In this document: positions 16,397-25,100 of the stretch, piece after piece
Layout of the letters: every line of letters starts with the position of its first letter
How positions within the stretch are numbered: position 1 is the first letter of the stretch
From: Clostridia bacterium
GTDB lineage: Bacteria; Bacillota; Clostridia; Oscillospirales; CAG-272
Direction: 5' to 3'
Assembly: GCA_017450965.1 (NCBI GenBank)
Contig: JAFSSQ010000022.1
Coordinates: 232 to 64,231, forward strand
Length of the DNA stretch: 64,000 nucleotides
Position numbers and translations under genes: made by a program
Notes under the pieces: model-generated
Told to the model about the DNA's origin: nothing
The model's input: only the letters and a program-made list of their open reading frames with translations
Database searches by the model: none

Positions 16397-17474
16397 ACCC
16401 CTTCTTCCCAAACACCGCGGAAAGAGCGCTGCGCAGGGCGCGGAGTACCATTTTGAAAAAGGCGGCGAGGCCGCGCTCCATCGCTTCCTCCGCGGCGGCG
16501 TCCTCCTCTATGCCGGGGTCCGCGTCCTGTCCGGCCGCGGGATCCTCCGGCGTTTCTCCGTCCGGGGCGCTCCCGTCCGGCGGGGTCTCGCCCGCCGGGG
16601 GATCGCTCTGCGGCGGCGCGGCGGGGCCGCCGCTGCCGCCGTCTCCGTCCGGCGCGTCCGGGTCTTCGGCGCCGCCGTCCCCGTTTCCGACGGGGATAAG
16701 GTCCTCTGCGGCGACGGCGGAGTTGATCGCCATCGTGCCGTCCGCCGACCGGTCGAGCACCACGCGCTCGCCGCTTACTTCCGCCACGATCCACGTTTTT
16801 TCAAGGATCACGTCCGGCACGGGGATCTCCGTGCCGTAGTAGCAGGAGCCCGGCCGGATCCGCACGACTTCTCCCGGCCGGAACGCGTCCGGCATCTCAA
16901 AATACCCGTAGTCGTTATCGACGTTCCCGACGATCCCCTCCACGCGCGTGATCCCCTGCTGCCAGATCTGATAGGCAAAATCGCGCTCCGGCCGGTCGCT
17001 TTCCCCGCCGTCGTACCAGCAGGCGAGCCAGATCGGGCAGGCGCGGAGCCGGTCAAAGTCGTAGCAGGACGCGATAAAATCGTTGTTGGTATAGAGCATC
17101 GGCTTGTAGCCGCGCTCGGAGAGACGCCCGAAAAACGCGAGTACGGCGTCGGTCAGTTTTTCCTTCCCTAACTCCCGGTGCGCCTCCGTCTCCGCGTCAA
17201 GCGCCGCCCACAGGCCGATTTTTTCCCGGTAGGGGTCCATCTCGTCGGCAAAGCGGTCCGCTTCCGCGATCGCGCCCTCCCCGTCGGTCGCCCGCAGGTA
17301 GTGGTAGGTCCCGCAGGCGATCCCGGCGCCGCTCGCGCCGGTGAGATTGGCGGCAAAAAACGGATCGGCGTCCTCCCCGTCCGTCGCTTTGATCATGGCA
17401 AACCGCACGCCGGCCGCTCCGACCGCCGCCCAGTCGATCTCCCCCTGCCAGCGGGATACGTCGATCCCTCTCAT
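16395..17474 (-). CDS. GH25 muramidase (lysozyme) with SH3-like region, D/P/G-rich linker and amphipathic C-terminal helix
   Basis: ORF trimmed to MRGIDVSRWQG (ATG 17474); GH25 N-terminal signature DVSRWQG...FAMIKATDG; no signal peptide; C-terminus GLAAFFKMVLRALRSALSAVFGKKG. Confidence 0.8.
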   Translation of the reverse strand: MRGIDVSRWQGEIDWAAVGAAGVRFAMIKATDGEDADPFFAANLTGASGAGIACGTYHYLRATDGEGAIAEADRFADEMDPYREKIGLWAALDAETEAHRELGKEKLTDAVLAFFGRLSERGYKPMLYTNNDFIASCYDFDRLRACPIWLACWYDGGESDRPERDFAYQIWQQGITRVEGIVGNVDNDYGYFEMPDAFRPGEVVRIRPGSCYYGTEIPVPDVILEKTWIVAEVSGERVVLDRSADGTMAINSAVAAEDLIPVGNGDGGAEDPDAPDGDGGSGGPAAPPQSDPPAGETPPDGSAPDGETPEDPAAGQDADPGIEEDAAAEEAMERGLAAFFKMVLRALRSALSAVFGKKG

Positions 17475-17544
17475 CGTTTCTCTCCTTTCCCGGTCCCGCC
17501 GCGCGGGTCCCTCGTTACAGGATATGCGCGCCGGAGAAAAACGC

Positions 17545-17573
17545 TTGACATGTTCCGCCGCACGGCGTATAAT
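17545..17573 (+). promoter_or_regulatory. Consensus sigma-A promoter of the AbrB-like/ABC-2 operon
   Basis: TTGACA (17545-17550), 17-nt spacer, TATAAT (17568-17573). Confidence 0.7.
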
Positions 17574-17600
17574 GTAAGAAAAATAAGAAAAGTAAGAAAA
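17574..17600 (+). repeat. Three tandem 9-mers (R)TAAGAAAA forming the 5' UTR
   Basis: GTAAGAAAA ATAAGAAAA GTAAGAAAA directly between the -10 box and the GGAG RBS. Confidence 0.8.
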
Positions 17601-17610
17601 GGAGACCGCC

Positions 17611-17829
17611 GTGAAAAAGAGCGAAGAAGGCAGATTCATCGTCAGCGTCAAGGTGGGGCCGAAGGGGCAGATCACGATCCCGGCCGAGGCGCGGCGGATG
17701 TTCGACATCAAAGAGGGGGAGACCCTGATGGTGATGGGAGACGCCGCGCGTGGGATGGCGATCGTCAAGGCGACGGAGTTTTATCAGCTTATGGGAGGCG
17801 TGTTCGATGACGGCGATCAAAGCAAGTAA
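17611..17829 (+). CDS. AbrB/MazE/SpoVT-family DNA-binding protein
   Basis: 72 aa; swapped-hairpin motif VKVGPKGQITIPAEARRMFDIKEGETL; GTG start 6 nt after GGAG. Confidence 0.8.
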   Translation: MKKSEEGRFIVSVKVGPKGQITIPAEARRMFDIKEGETLMVMGDAARGMAIVKATEFYQLMGGVFDDGDQSK

Positions 17830-18541
17830 ACTCAGAAAGGAATACGGCGGCGCCGCCGCCGTGGACGACCTCGATCTGGAGATCGGGGAAGGGGAGCTGT
17901 TCTCTCTTTTGGGGGTGAACGGCGCCGGCAAGACGACGACGGTCAAGATGCTCTCCACCCTGCTCCGCCCCACCGGGGGAGAGGCGTGGATCTGCGGCCG
18001 CTCGGTGCTGACGGAGCGGGAGGAGGTCAAAGCGCTGCTTGATATTTCGATGCAGGAGACCGCGGTCGCGCGGAAGCTGACCGTGGAGGAGAACGTCGCC
18101 TTTTACGCCGCGCTCAACGGCCAGACGAGAGAAGAAGCGGAGGAGACGAAGCGCCGCCTCTACGACGCCTTCGGGCTCGGGGCGGTCGCGGGGAAGCGGG
18201 CCGCCTCTCTCTCCGGCGGCTGGCAGCGGAAGCTCTCCGTCGCGCTGGCGCTGGTCTCGAAGCCGCGGGTCCTGTTCCTCGACGAGCCGACGCTGGGGCT
18301 CGACGTGATCGCGCGCCGGGAGCTCTGGCAGACGATCCGCTCTCTGAAAGGGAAGATGACGATCGTTTTAACCACCCACTATATGGAGGAGGCGGAAGCG
18401 CTCTCCGACCGGATCGGGATCATGAAGGGCGGACGGCTCTTGTTCGTCGGGACAAAGGAGGAGCTCTTTGCCCGGACGGGGAAGGGGAATGTGGAAGAGG
18501 CGTTTTTAGAGATCGTTTGCGGAGGTGGAGACCATGAATAA
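17807..18541 (+). CDS. ABC transporter ATP-binding protein (ABC-2 exporter type)
   Basis: ORF trimmed to MTAIKASKLRKEYGG (ATG 17807 after GGGAGG, overlaps AbrB-like gene by 23 nt); Walker A GVNGAGKTT, signature LSGGWQRKLSVALAL, Walker B LFLDEPTLGLD. Confidence 0.9.
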   Translation: MTAIKASKLRKEYGGAAAVDDLDLEIGEGELFSLLGVNGAGKTTTVKMLSTLLRPTGGEAWICGRSVLTEREEVKALLDISMQETAVARKLTVEENVAFYAALNGQTREEAEETKRRLYDAFGLGAVAGKRAASLSGGWQRKLSVALALVSKPRVLFLDEPTLGLDVIARRELWQTIRSLKGKMTIVLTTHYMEEAEALSDRIGIMKGGRLLFVGTKEELFARTGKGNVEEAFLEIVCGGGDHE

Positions 18542-19280
18542 AGGATCGTTTGCCCGCACCGTTACGCTGGCAAGGCGCAACGCCCTTGAGATCCTGCGGG
18601 ATCCGCTGTCCTTTGCCTTTCTGCTCGGGATGCCTCTTTTGATGGAGGTCCTCTTTTATTATCTCTTTCACAAAATGACGGCGCAGTTTGAGATGAAATA
18701 TCTCGCGCCGGGGATCGTCGTATTCGCGCAGGCGTTTCTCGCGCTTTTCTCGGGGATCCTGATCAGCACCGACCGGAACACGGCGTTCCTCACCCGTCTC
18801 TACGTCTCCCGCGCCAGGGCCTCCGAGTTCGTTCTGGCGTATACGCTCGCGCTGCTGCCGATCACGCTGCTGCAATCGTCTCTCTTTTTCGTCGTCGGCG
18901 GGATCCTCGACCCCTCCGTCTGGAGCGTGCGGATGATCCCGGCCGTCTTTGTCAGTCTGATCCCGGCCGTTCTTTTCATCGGCTTCGGGATCCTCATCGG
19001 CTCGCTGTGCAGCGAGCGTTCGGTAGGCGGCGTCGCGTCCGTCGTGATCGCGGGGCAGTCGGTGCTCAGCGGGATGTGGTTCCCGACGGAGGGGCTGGAC
19101 GGCGGTATTCTCACGGTCATGAAGATCCTGCCCTTCTGGAACGCTTCCGACCTCGTCCGCGGCGTCGCGCTCGGGGAGGGCGGCTTTGATCCGGCGCCGC
19201 TTTGCATCGTTCTCGCCTACGCCGCCGCGATCTATGCGATCGGCGTCGTCGTCTTCGGGCGGAAGATGAGCGCGCGGTAA
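18534..19280 (+). CDS. ABC-2-type transporter permease
   Basis: About 6 TM segments; ATG 18534 after GGAGG; ATGAATAA overlap with ATPase gene. Confidence 0.8.
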   Translation: MNKGSFARTVTLARRNALEILRDPLSFAFLLGMPLLMEVLFYYLFHKMTAQFEMKYLAPGIVVFAQAFLALFSGILISTDRNTAFLTRLYVSRARASEFVLAYTLALLPITLLQSSLFFVVGGILDPSVWSVRMIPAVFVSLIPAVLFIGFGILIGSLCSERSVGGVASVVIAGQSVLSGMWFPTEGLDGGILTVMKILPFWNASDLVRGVALGEGGFDPAPLCIVLAYAAAIYAIGVVVFGRKMSAR

Positions 19281-19324
19281 ACGCCCGGGGAGACGGCGCG
19301 CTTTTTCCCCGGCTTCTCTTTCTC

Positions 19325-19353
19325 TTGACGGAGGAGGCGGTCTGCGGTATAAT
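19325..19353 (+). promoter_or_regulatory. Promoter of the amidohydrolase gene
   Basis: TTGACG (19325-19330), 17-nt spacer, TATAAT (19348-19353). Confidence 0.65.
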
Positions 19354-19382
19354 GAAAAAAACGAATGAATGAGGGCTTTGCC

Positions 19383-20528
19383 ATGCTGATCAAAAACGCA
19401 ACGATACACGACGCCGTAAGCGAAACGCCGTACAAAGGCGATATCCTGATCCGGGACGGGAAGCTCGTCTCGGTCGGAGGAGAGGCCGCGGCGGAAAAAG
19501 GGGAGCAGGTGATCGACGCCGAGGGGCTGTTTGCCTATCCCGGCTTTGTCGAGGCGCACAGCCATCTCGGGCTTGAAAACTACGGCGGTCCGACCGGCGG
19601 AACGAACGACGTTAACGAGATCACCGACGTTATCGCCCCGCATCTCCGGGGGATGGACGGCTACTATCCGCAAGACGCGGCGATCCGCACGGCGCTGGCG
19701 AGCGGAGTAACGACCGTCGCCGCCGGCCCCGGCTCGGCAAACGTCCTGGGCGGCACCTTTTTCGCGGTCAAGACGTTCGGGAACACCGTGGAAGAAGCGA
19801 CGGTGAAGGAGCCGGTGGGGATGAAATGCGCTTTCGGCGAAAACCCGAAGCGCCTGCACCGGGACAAGTGTCTCTCAACCAGAATGACGACCGCCGCCAA
19901 GCTCCGCGAGGCGCTGTATGCCGCAAAAGAGTATATGACGCGCAAAGAGCTGGCAGGCGACGACCTTGCTAAGCTCCCGAAATACAATATGAAATACGAG
20001 GCGCTGATCCCCGTTCTGACCGGCGAGATCCCGCTCAAGGCGCACGCGCACCGCGCCGACGACATTATGACCGCCCTGCGGATCGCCCGCGAGTTCGGCG
20101 TCCGGATCACCATCGAACATTGCACCGAGGGGCATCTGATCGCAAACGAGCTCAAGGCCGCCGGGGTGCGGGTCGCCGTCGGGCCCACGCTCTCAAACGC
20201 GTCCAAGCTCGAGCTGATCCACAAAACCTGGGAAACGCCCGGCCTGCTCGCCGCGGCGGGGATCCCCGTTTCGATCATCACCGACGCGCCGGTCATCCCG
20301 CAGCAGTATCTCTCCCTCTGCGCCGGGCTCGCGGTCAAGGCGGGCATGGACCCCTTCCTTGCTTTGCAGGCGATCACGATCAACCCCGCCCGCCACCTCG
20401 GGATCGAAGACCGGGTCGGGTCGCTCGAGCCGGGCAAGGACGCCGACGTCGTCCTGACAAACGGCGATCCGCTGGTCAGCGACACCGCCGTCGTCCGTGT
20501 CATCCTCAACGGCGAGGTCCGCGTCTGA
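19383..20528 (+). CDS. Metal-dependent amidohydrolase-family protein
   Basis: N-terminal beta-sandwich then HxH metal motif (EAHSHLGL); ATG 19383 sits 7 nt after GAGGG (ATG 19365 is too close to the -10 box). Confidence 0.75.
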   Translation: MLIKNATIHDAVSETPYKGDILIRDGKLVSVGGEAAAEKGEQVIDAEGLFAYPGFVEAHSHLGLENYGGPTGGTNDVNEITDVIAPHLRGMDGYYPQDAAIRTALASGVTTVAAGPGSANVLGGTFFAVKTFGNTVEEATVKEPVGMKCAFGENPKRLHRDKCLSTRMTTAAKLREALYAAKEYMTRKELAGDDLAKLPKYNMKYEALIPVLTGEIPLKAHAHRADDIMTALRIAREFGVRITIEHCTEGHLIANELKAAGVRVAVGPTLSNASKLELIHKTWETPGLLAAAGIPVSIITDAPVIPQQYLSLCAGLAVKAGMDPFLALQAITINPARHLGIEDRVGSLEPGKDADVVLTNGDPLVSDTAVVRVILNGEVRV

Positions 20529-20549
20529 CGCTGTTTCGGTAAAAGAAAA

Positions 20550-20586
20550 CCGCCGCGTGCCGGAAAGGCGCGCGGCGGCTGTTTTT
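20550..20586. terminator. Bidirectional intrinsic terminator
   Basis: CCGCCGCGTGCC-GGAAA-GGCGCGCGGCGG hairpin, T-run downstream, A-rich upstream. Confidence 0.75.
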
Positions 20587-20590
20587 CTTT

Positions 20591-21517
20591 TCAGGACGCT
20601 TTCGGCTTCGGCGGCACGGTCGGGATGCGGATCAGGATCTCCGTTTCCTCTTTGCGATCGGTCCGCTCGGTCTGTACGTTCACCCCCGCGCCGCGCATCA
20701 CCTCGATCGCGCGGTCGAGGGTGTTGAAAAAGAGGCGCACGTCGTGCAGCACGAGGATCTGTTTGCCTTCTCTTGCCTCCCCCGCGCGCCCGGCGTCGGA
20801 GGGTTCTCCCTCGAGGATGCGGGTAACGAACTGCTCGGTCGCCTCCCCTCCCATCCCTTCGGAGCAGATGCGTTTGAGCGCCATCCGGCGCTGCTCGTCG
20901 CTTTTGAGGCGCAAAATCGCCGCCACGTGCCGGCGGGAGAGGGAGTTGGAGATCACGGCGGCGCGCTCCTCCTGCGAAAGGCGCAGAACGGAGAGCTTGC
21001 GCCCTACCTCCTCCTCGCTGCAGGAGAGTTTTTTCGCTACCTCCGCCCGGGAGAGGGAATAGATCTCGATCAGCGAGGCGATGGCGTTCGCCTCCTCAAA
21101 CATATTGAGGTCTTCGCGCACGACGTTTTCGGTCAGGGCGATCTCCGCGCTGCGCCGGCTGTCGGTATTGACGATCACGCAGGGGATCTCGCGCAGGCCG
21201 AGCAGCTTGGCGGCGCGGAAGCGGCGTTCCCCTTCCACGATCTCGTAAAGCGGCTCGCCTCCCACAAGCCCGCTCGGGCGGACGGTAACGGGCTGGATCA
21301 GCCCGTACTGGCGGATGCTGTCGGCAAGGGAGGCGATCGTCGCCTCGGAAAAGATCCGGCGCGGCTGCGAGGGGTTCGGCTGGATCCGCTCCAGGGGGAT
21401 CCCGTAGACGGCGGCGCCCGCCGGCGCCGCCACGGCAAACCCTCCGTAGGACCGGCTCTCCGACCGGCGGTCGTTTCCGGCGCGCGCGTCCTGTTTTTTT
21501 CTTTCAAAAAGCAACAT
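20591..21517 (-). CDS. ParB/Spo0J-family protein (orphan paralogue, no adjacent ParA)
   Basis: ORF trimmed to MLLFERKK (ATG 21517); ParB N-terminal boxes (IQPNPSQPRR, VEGERRFRAAKL), HTH region, distinct C-terminal domain. Confidence 0.8.
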   Translation of the reverse strand: MLLFERKKQDARAGNDRRSESRSYGGFAVAAPAGAAVYGIPLERIQPNPSQPRRIFSEATIASLADSIRQYGLIQPVTVRPSGLVGGEPLYEIVEGERRFRAAKLLGLREIPCVIVNTDSRRSAEIALTENVVREDLNMFEEANAIASLIEIYSLSRAEVAKKLSCSEEEVGRKLSVLRLSQEERAAVISNSLSRRHVAAILRLKSDEQRRMALKRICSEGMGGEATEQFVTRILEGEPSDAGRAGEAREGKQILVLHDVRLFFNTLDRAIEVMRGAGVNVQTERTDRKEETEILIRIPTVPPKPKAS

Positions 21518-21669
21518 GATTTCAAGTCCTCCTGCATTTTTTGGCGTGATAAGCGCAAAACGTCTTACTGCCAACATTTTACTTTGCCTCCCGCGCGAAA
21601 AACCGCAAACCGCGTCTGCGGAAAAGGACTTTTTTTGGCTTTCTCTGTCAAAAGACGGACGGAGAAAAG

Positions 21670-21699
21670 AAAAAAGCGGCGCTCCGGAGAGCGCCGCTT
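21670..21699 (-). terminator. Intrinsic terminator of hpf
   Basis: AAGCGGCGCTC/GAGCGCCGCTT hairpin with a T-run on the minus strand. Confidence 0.8.
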
Positions 21700-21714
21700 G
21701 ATTGATGACGGATC

Positions 21715-22230
21715 TTATTCGGGGATGAGGAGCCCGTACGCGCCGTCCTTGCGGCGGTAGACCACGCAGGTGCGGTTATCGTCCTCGGCGTTCGTAAAGG
21801 CGAAGAACTGATGCTCCAGCAGATTCATCTGCAAAATCGCCTCGTCGACCGACATCGGTTTGGCGGGGAAGGTCTTGGTACGGATATCGAAAAAGGTTTC
21901 TTCCTCTTCCGGCTGTTCCCCTTCCGGGAAGGCGCCTTCGTGGAGGCGTTTTTCCAGGCGGGTCTTGTTTTTGCGGATCTGGCGGACGAGCTTGTCAAGC
22001 GCGGTGTCCAGCGCGTTCTGGAAGGTAGCGTCCTCTTCCTCGCTGCGGAAGAGAACGCCGCCGTAAGGAATGGTGATCTCAATGATCTCCTTATCTTTTT
22101 TATAGCGGAAGGTGACGGTGGCTTCTCCGTCCGGGCCGAAGAACTTGTCGAGCTTGGCGAGTTTTTTCGCCGCCAGGGCCTTTTGGTCTTCTCCTACTGT
22201 CATCTGTCTGCCGATAATCGTAAGTTTCAT
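21715..22230 (-). CDS. hpf: Ribosome hibernation-promoting factor, long form
   Basis: 171 aa; RaiA/S30AE N-domain plus C-terminal dimerisation domain (FFAFTNAEDDNRTCVVYRRKDGAYGLLIP). Confidence 0.9.
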   Translation of the reverse strand: MKLTIIGRQMTVGEDQKALAAKKLAKLDKFFGPDGEATVTFRYKKDKEIIEITIPYGGVLFRSEEEDATFQNALDTALDKLVRQIRKNKTRLEKRLHEGAFPEGEQPEEEETFFDIRTKTFPAKPMSVDEAILQMNLLEHQFFAFTNAEDDNRTCVVYRRKDGAYGLLIPE

Positions 22231-22371
22231 AGGTTGCCGGTCCTTTCTTTGAATATTTGGCGCGCAGCGCCGCGGGGCAATTCTTTCATCTCCTTTCCCT
22301 TTGTTCTGTCTTTATTATAGCACCCTTGAATGAAAAAAGAAAGACCTTTGTGTGATTTTTTGGTGATTTTA

Positions 22372-22402
22372 TAAAAAACGCGCTCCCGGAAAGGGAGCGC
22401 GT
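22372..22402 (-). terminator. Intrinsic terminator of murA
   Basis: ACGCGCTCCC-GGAAA-GGGAGCGCGT hairpin with a T-run on the minus strand. Confidence 0.8.
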
Positions 22403-22415
22403 GAAAGAAAGACGT

Positions 22416-23702
22416 TCAGACCGCGACGGTCGCTTCGTCCGGCTCGGTCACCTTTTTGATATCGGCGCCGAGGGCGGCGAGCTTGCCGCAGATATTGTCG
22501 TAGCCGCGTTCGATCGAGCCGATGTTGGTGATGCTCGATACGCCGTCCGCCGCCAGAGCGGCGATAATGAGGGCGGCGCCTCCGCGCAGATCCATCGCGC
22601 GCAGCGCGGCGGCGGAGAGCTGCGGGACCCCTTCGATGATGGCGGTCTTGCCGTTAACGACGCGGACGCTGGCGCCCATCTTCTGCAGTTCGTCCACGTA
22701 TTTGAAGCGGTTTTCAAAAATCGTTTCGGTCACGTGGCTCACCCCGTCGCACAGGCAGAGCAGCGTGGCGATCTGCGGCTGAAGATCGGTCGGGAAGCCG
22801 GGGTAGGGCAGCGTTTTGACGGTGGTCTTATCCAGCCGCCGGTCCGCGGAGACGAGGATGGACTCGTCCACCTCCTCGATCCGGGCGCCCATCTCCTCCA
22901 GCTTGGCGGAAAGGGATTCCATGTGTTTGGGGATCACGCCGTCGATGCGGACGCGCCCGCCCGTCGCCGCCGCCGCGATCATGAAGGTCCCCGCCTCGAT
23001 CATATCGGGGATGATGCTGTAGGAGCAGCCGTGGAGCGCGGGAACGCCCTTGATCTTGATCACGTCGGTACCGGCGCCGGTGATGTTTGCGCCGCAGGTG
23101 TTGAGGAAGTTGGCAAGGTCGACGATGTGCGGCTCTCTCGCCGCGTTGTCGACCACCGTCATCCCGTCCGCGAGGACGGCGGCGAGGATCAGATTGGCGG
23201 TGGCGCCGACCGAGGTGGAGTCAAAATAAACGGAGCTGCCGCGCAGGCCGTTTGCCGCCTCCGCGTCGATGAAGCCGCTGTCGGTCGTAACGACGGCGCC
23301 GAGCGCTTCAAAAGCCTTGACGTGCTGGTCGATCGGACGGTTGCCGATGTCGCAGCCGCCGGGCCAGCCGACGTGCGCCCGGCCGAAACGCCCGAGCTCC
23401 GCGCCGATAAAGTAAGTAGAGCCGCGGATCTTGCCGATCAGTTCCGGCGGGGTCTGCCCCTGCCGGACGTTTTTCGTATTGATCTCGACGGTGTTTTTGC
23501 CGGTCATGCGGACCGAGGCGCCCATCGCCCGGAGGATCTGGAGGGTGATCTCCACGTCGCTGATGGAGGGGACGTTTTCGATCACGCAGACGTCCCCGGT
23601 GAGGACGGTGGCGACAAGGATGGGGAGCGCGGCGTTCTTGAACCCGCTGATCGGGACGGAGCCCTGCAGGCGTTTTCCGCCGCTTATGACGATTTTATCC
23701 AT
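22416..23702 (-). CDS. murA: UDP-N-acetylglucosamine 1-carboxyvinyltransferase
   Basis: 428 aa; active-site loop PGGCDIGNRPIDQH with catalytic Cys; EPSP-synthase-like repeats. Confidence 0.95.
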   Translation of the reverse strand: MDKIVISGGKRLQGSVPISGFKNAALPILVATVLTGDVCVIENVPSISDVEITLQILRAMGASVRMTGKNTVEINTKNVRQGQTPPELIGKIRGSTYFIGAELGRFGRAHVGWPGGCDIGNRPIDQHVKAFEALGAVVTTDSGFIDAEAANGLRGSSVYFDSTSVGATANLILAAVLADGMTVVDNAAREPHIVDLANFLNTCGANITGAGTDVIKIKGVPALHGCSYSIIPDMIEAGTFMIAAAATGGRVRIDGVIPKHMESLSAKLEEMGARIEEVDESILVSADRRLDKTTVKTLPYPGFPTDLQPQIATLLCLCDGVSHVTETIFENRFKYVDELQKMGASVRVVNGKTAIIEGVPQLSAAALRAMDLRGGAALIIAALAADGVSSITNIGSIERGYDNICGKLAALGADIKKVTEPDEATVAV

Positions 23703-23945
23703 ATCGATCGCGCTTGGCGCGCTTCCTTTCTGAGTTTTGAAAAAGGAAAAACGGGAAAGACCGGTGAAAAACGGCCTTCCGCAGCGAAGATGTTTTATCA
23801 GTATCTAATTATAACATAGCCTTTTACAAAAAGAAAGAGGTTTTTTGAATTTTTCCGAAAAAAGAGGAGACCGGAAACGGCGCCGCCCGGCGGGCCGGCG
23901 CGCCCTTTACTGACAGTATACGGCGCCGCGCGGGATCGGTGCGCG

Positions 23946-25100
23946 TTACTTTGCCGTTTCCTGCGCGCAAAAGTAGGCAACGGCGAGGTCGACGACCATC
24001 CCGTAGCTCTTCGTCCCTTCCGTGCCCTGGTATCTGAGGTAGGAGTCGTTGATCGCCTCGCTTGCGGCGGCGGCGCTCGACTCCCGGTATTTTTCAAAGA
24101 ACGCGGCGTACGCGCGCAGCTCCCCCTGCACCGCGGGGTCGAGGGAAAGATAGATCTCGCGGTAGGAGGAGGCGTCCGCGCCGTAGAGGGCGTTCAGTAC
24201 GTATTCCAGCACGCCGAGCGCCCCGCTGTAACGGATATACGGATCGGAGGATTCCATACAGACCAGAAATCCGATGAAATTCGCTTCATCTTCCCGGGAA
24301 ACGCCCCGCTGATGCGAGAGCTCGTGCGCGGCGGTATAGGGGAGGGAATAGTCGGGAAAATCGATATTCAGGTTTGCCTCCCCGGTCAGGGGAAAGTAGA
24401 TCCCGGTCGTGTGCAGGTAGGACATCGCAACGCTGAACGCAACGGGCTTGACGCGGGTCCGGAAGCTTTGCAGGAAGGGGTAGCGGAGATGGAGGGAGGC
24501 GTAGGCGCCGCACAGCTTTTCGCTCATCTCGTCAAGCGAGTACGGCATCACGGAAAAGCCGGTGTCCGTGTAGACGATATCGGGTGAAAGTCGGTTCACT
24601 TCCGCGGCGAGCTTTTTTGCGGTCTCAGACAGCTCTTCTGCGCTGACCGCCCGCTTTTCCATGCCGAGACGGCGGTCGATCGTGCTCGTCCGGTATCCGC
24701 AGGCAAAGGTGAAAACGAAAAACGTGTAGAGCAAGAAGGAAACGGAGAGTAAAAGAGAGATCATCCGCAAAAAGCCCCCGCGCCGGGACAGCTTTTCCCA
24801 CGCGACGACGAGGAACGCGATAAGGAGAAAGGGTGAGAGCAAAATCAGCGTCTCCGCGAGCGAGAAGGGGAGGGGAGAGGTGAGCTTGGCGAGCAGCATC
24901 CGGAAGACGGAGGCGATATGATCGGTGAAAAAATCGGCGAAGGCGGGGGAGCGGGCGGCGATGATCCGCAGGAGAAGGGAGAGGAGGGCGAGCCCCGCCG
25001 AAACGAAAAGGACGGGACGGAAAAAGAAACGGGCAAAAGAGGCGTTCTCTCCGGGTTCCCCGACGGTTGTTTCCTGCTTGTTTTCGGTCGATTCTTTCAC
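23946..25100 (-). CDS. DUF3810-like membrane protein with HExxH zinc-peptidase motif
   Basis: ORF 23946..25334 trimmed to GTG 25100 (GTGA overlap with the upstream rlu stop); N-terminal TMs; AAHELSHQRG. Confidence 0.7.
   Translation of the reverse strand: MKESTENKQETTVGEPGENASFARFFFRPVLFVSAGLALLSLLLRIIAARSPAFADFFTDHIASVFRMLLAKLTSPLPFSLAETLILLSPFLLIAFLVVAWEKLSRRGGFLRMISLLLSVSFLLYTFFVFTFACGYRTSTIDRRLGMEKRAVSAEELSETAKKLAAEVNRLSPDIVYTDTGFSVMPYSLDEMSEKLCGAYASLHLRYPFLQSFRTRVKPVAFSVAMSYLHTTGIYFPLTGEANLNIDFPDYSLPYTAAHELSHQRGVSREDEANFIGFLVCMESSDPYIRYSGALGVLEYVLNALYGADASSYREIYLSLDPAVQGELRAYAAFFEKYRESSAAAASEAINDSYLRYQGTEGTKSYGMVVDLAVAYFCAQETAK

Noticed and set aside
14369-17474. Intact prophage or ICE at tRNA-Gly (MuF-like domain plus GH25 lysin)
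   Set aside because: There are no integrase, terminase, portal, capsid, tail or holin genes. The GH25 gene has host-like high GC content, unlike the cassette. At most this is a remnant.
17611-17829. AbrB/MazE-fold protein as the antitoxin of a type II TA pair
   Set aside because: The downstream overlapping gene is a canonical ABC ATPase, not a MazF/PIN/Doc-type toxin, and there is no small toxin ORF on either side.
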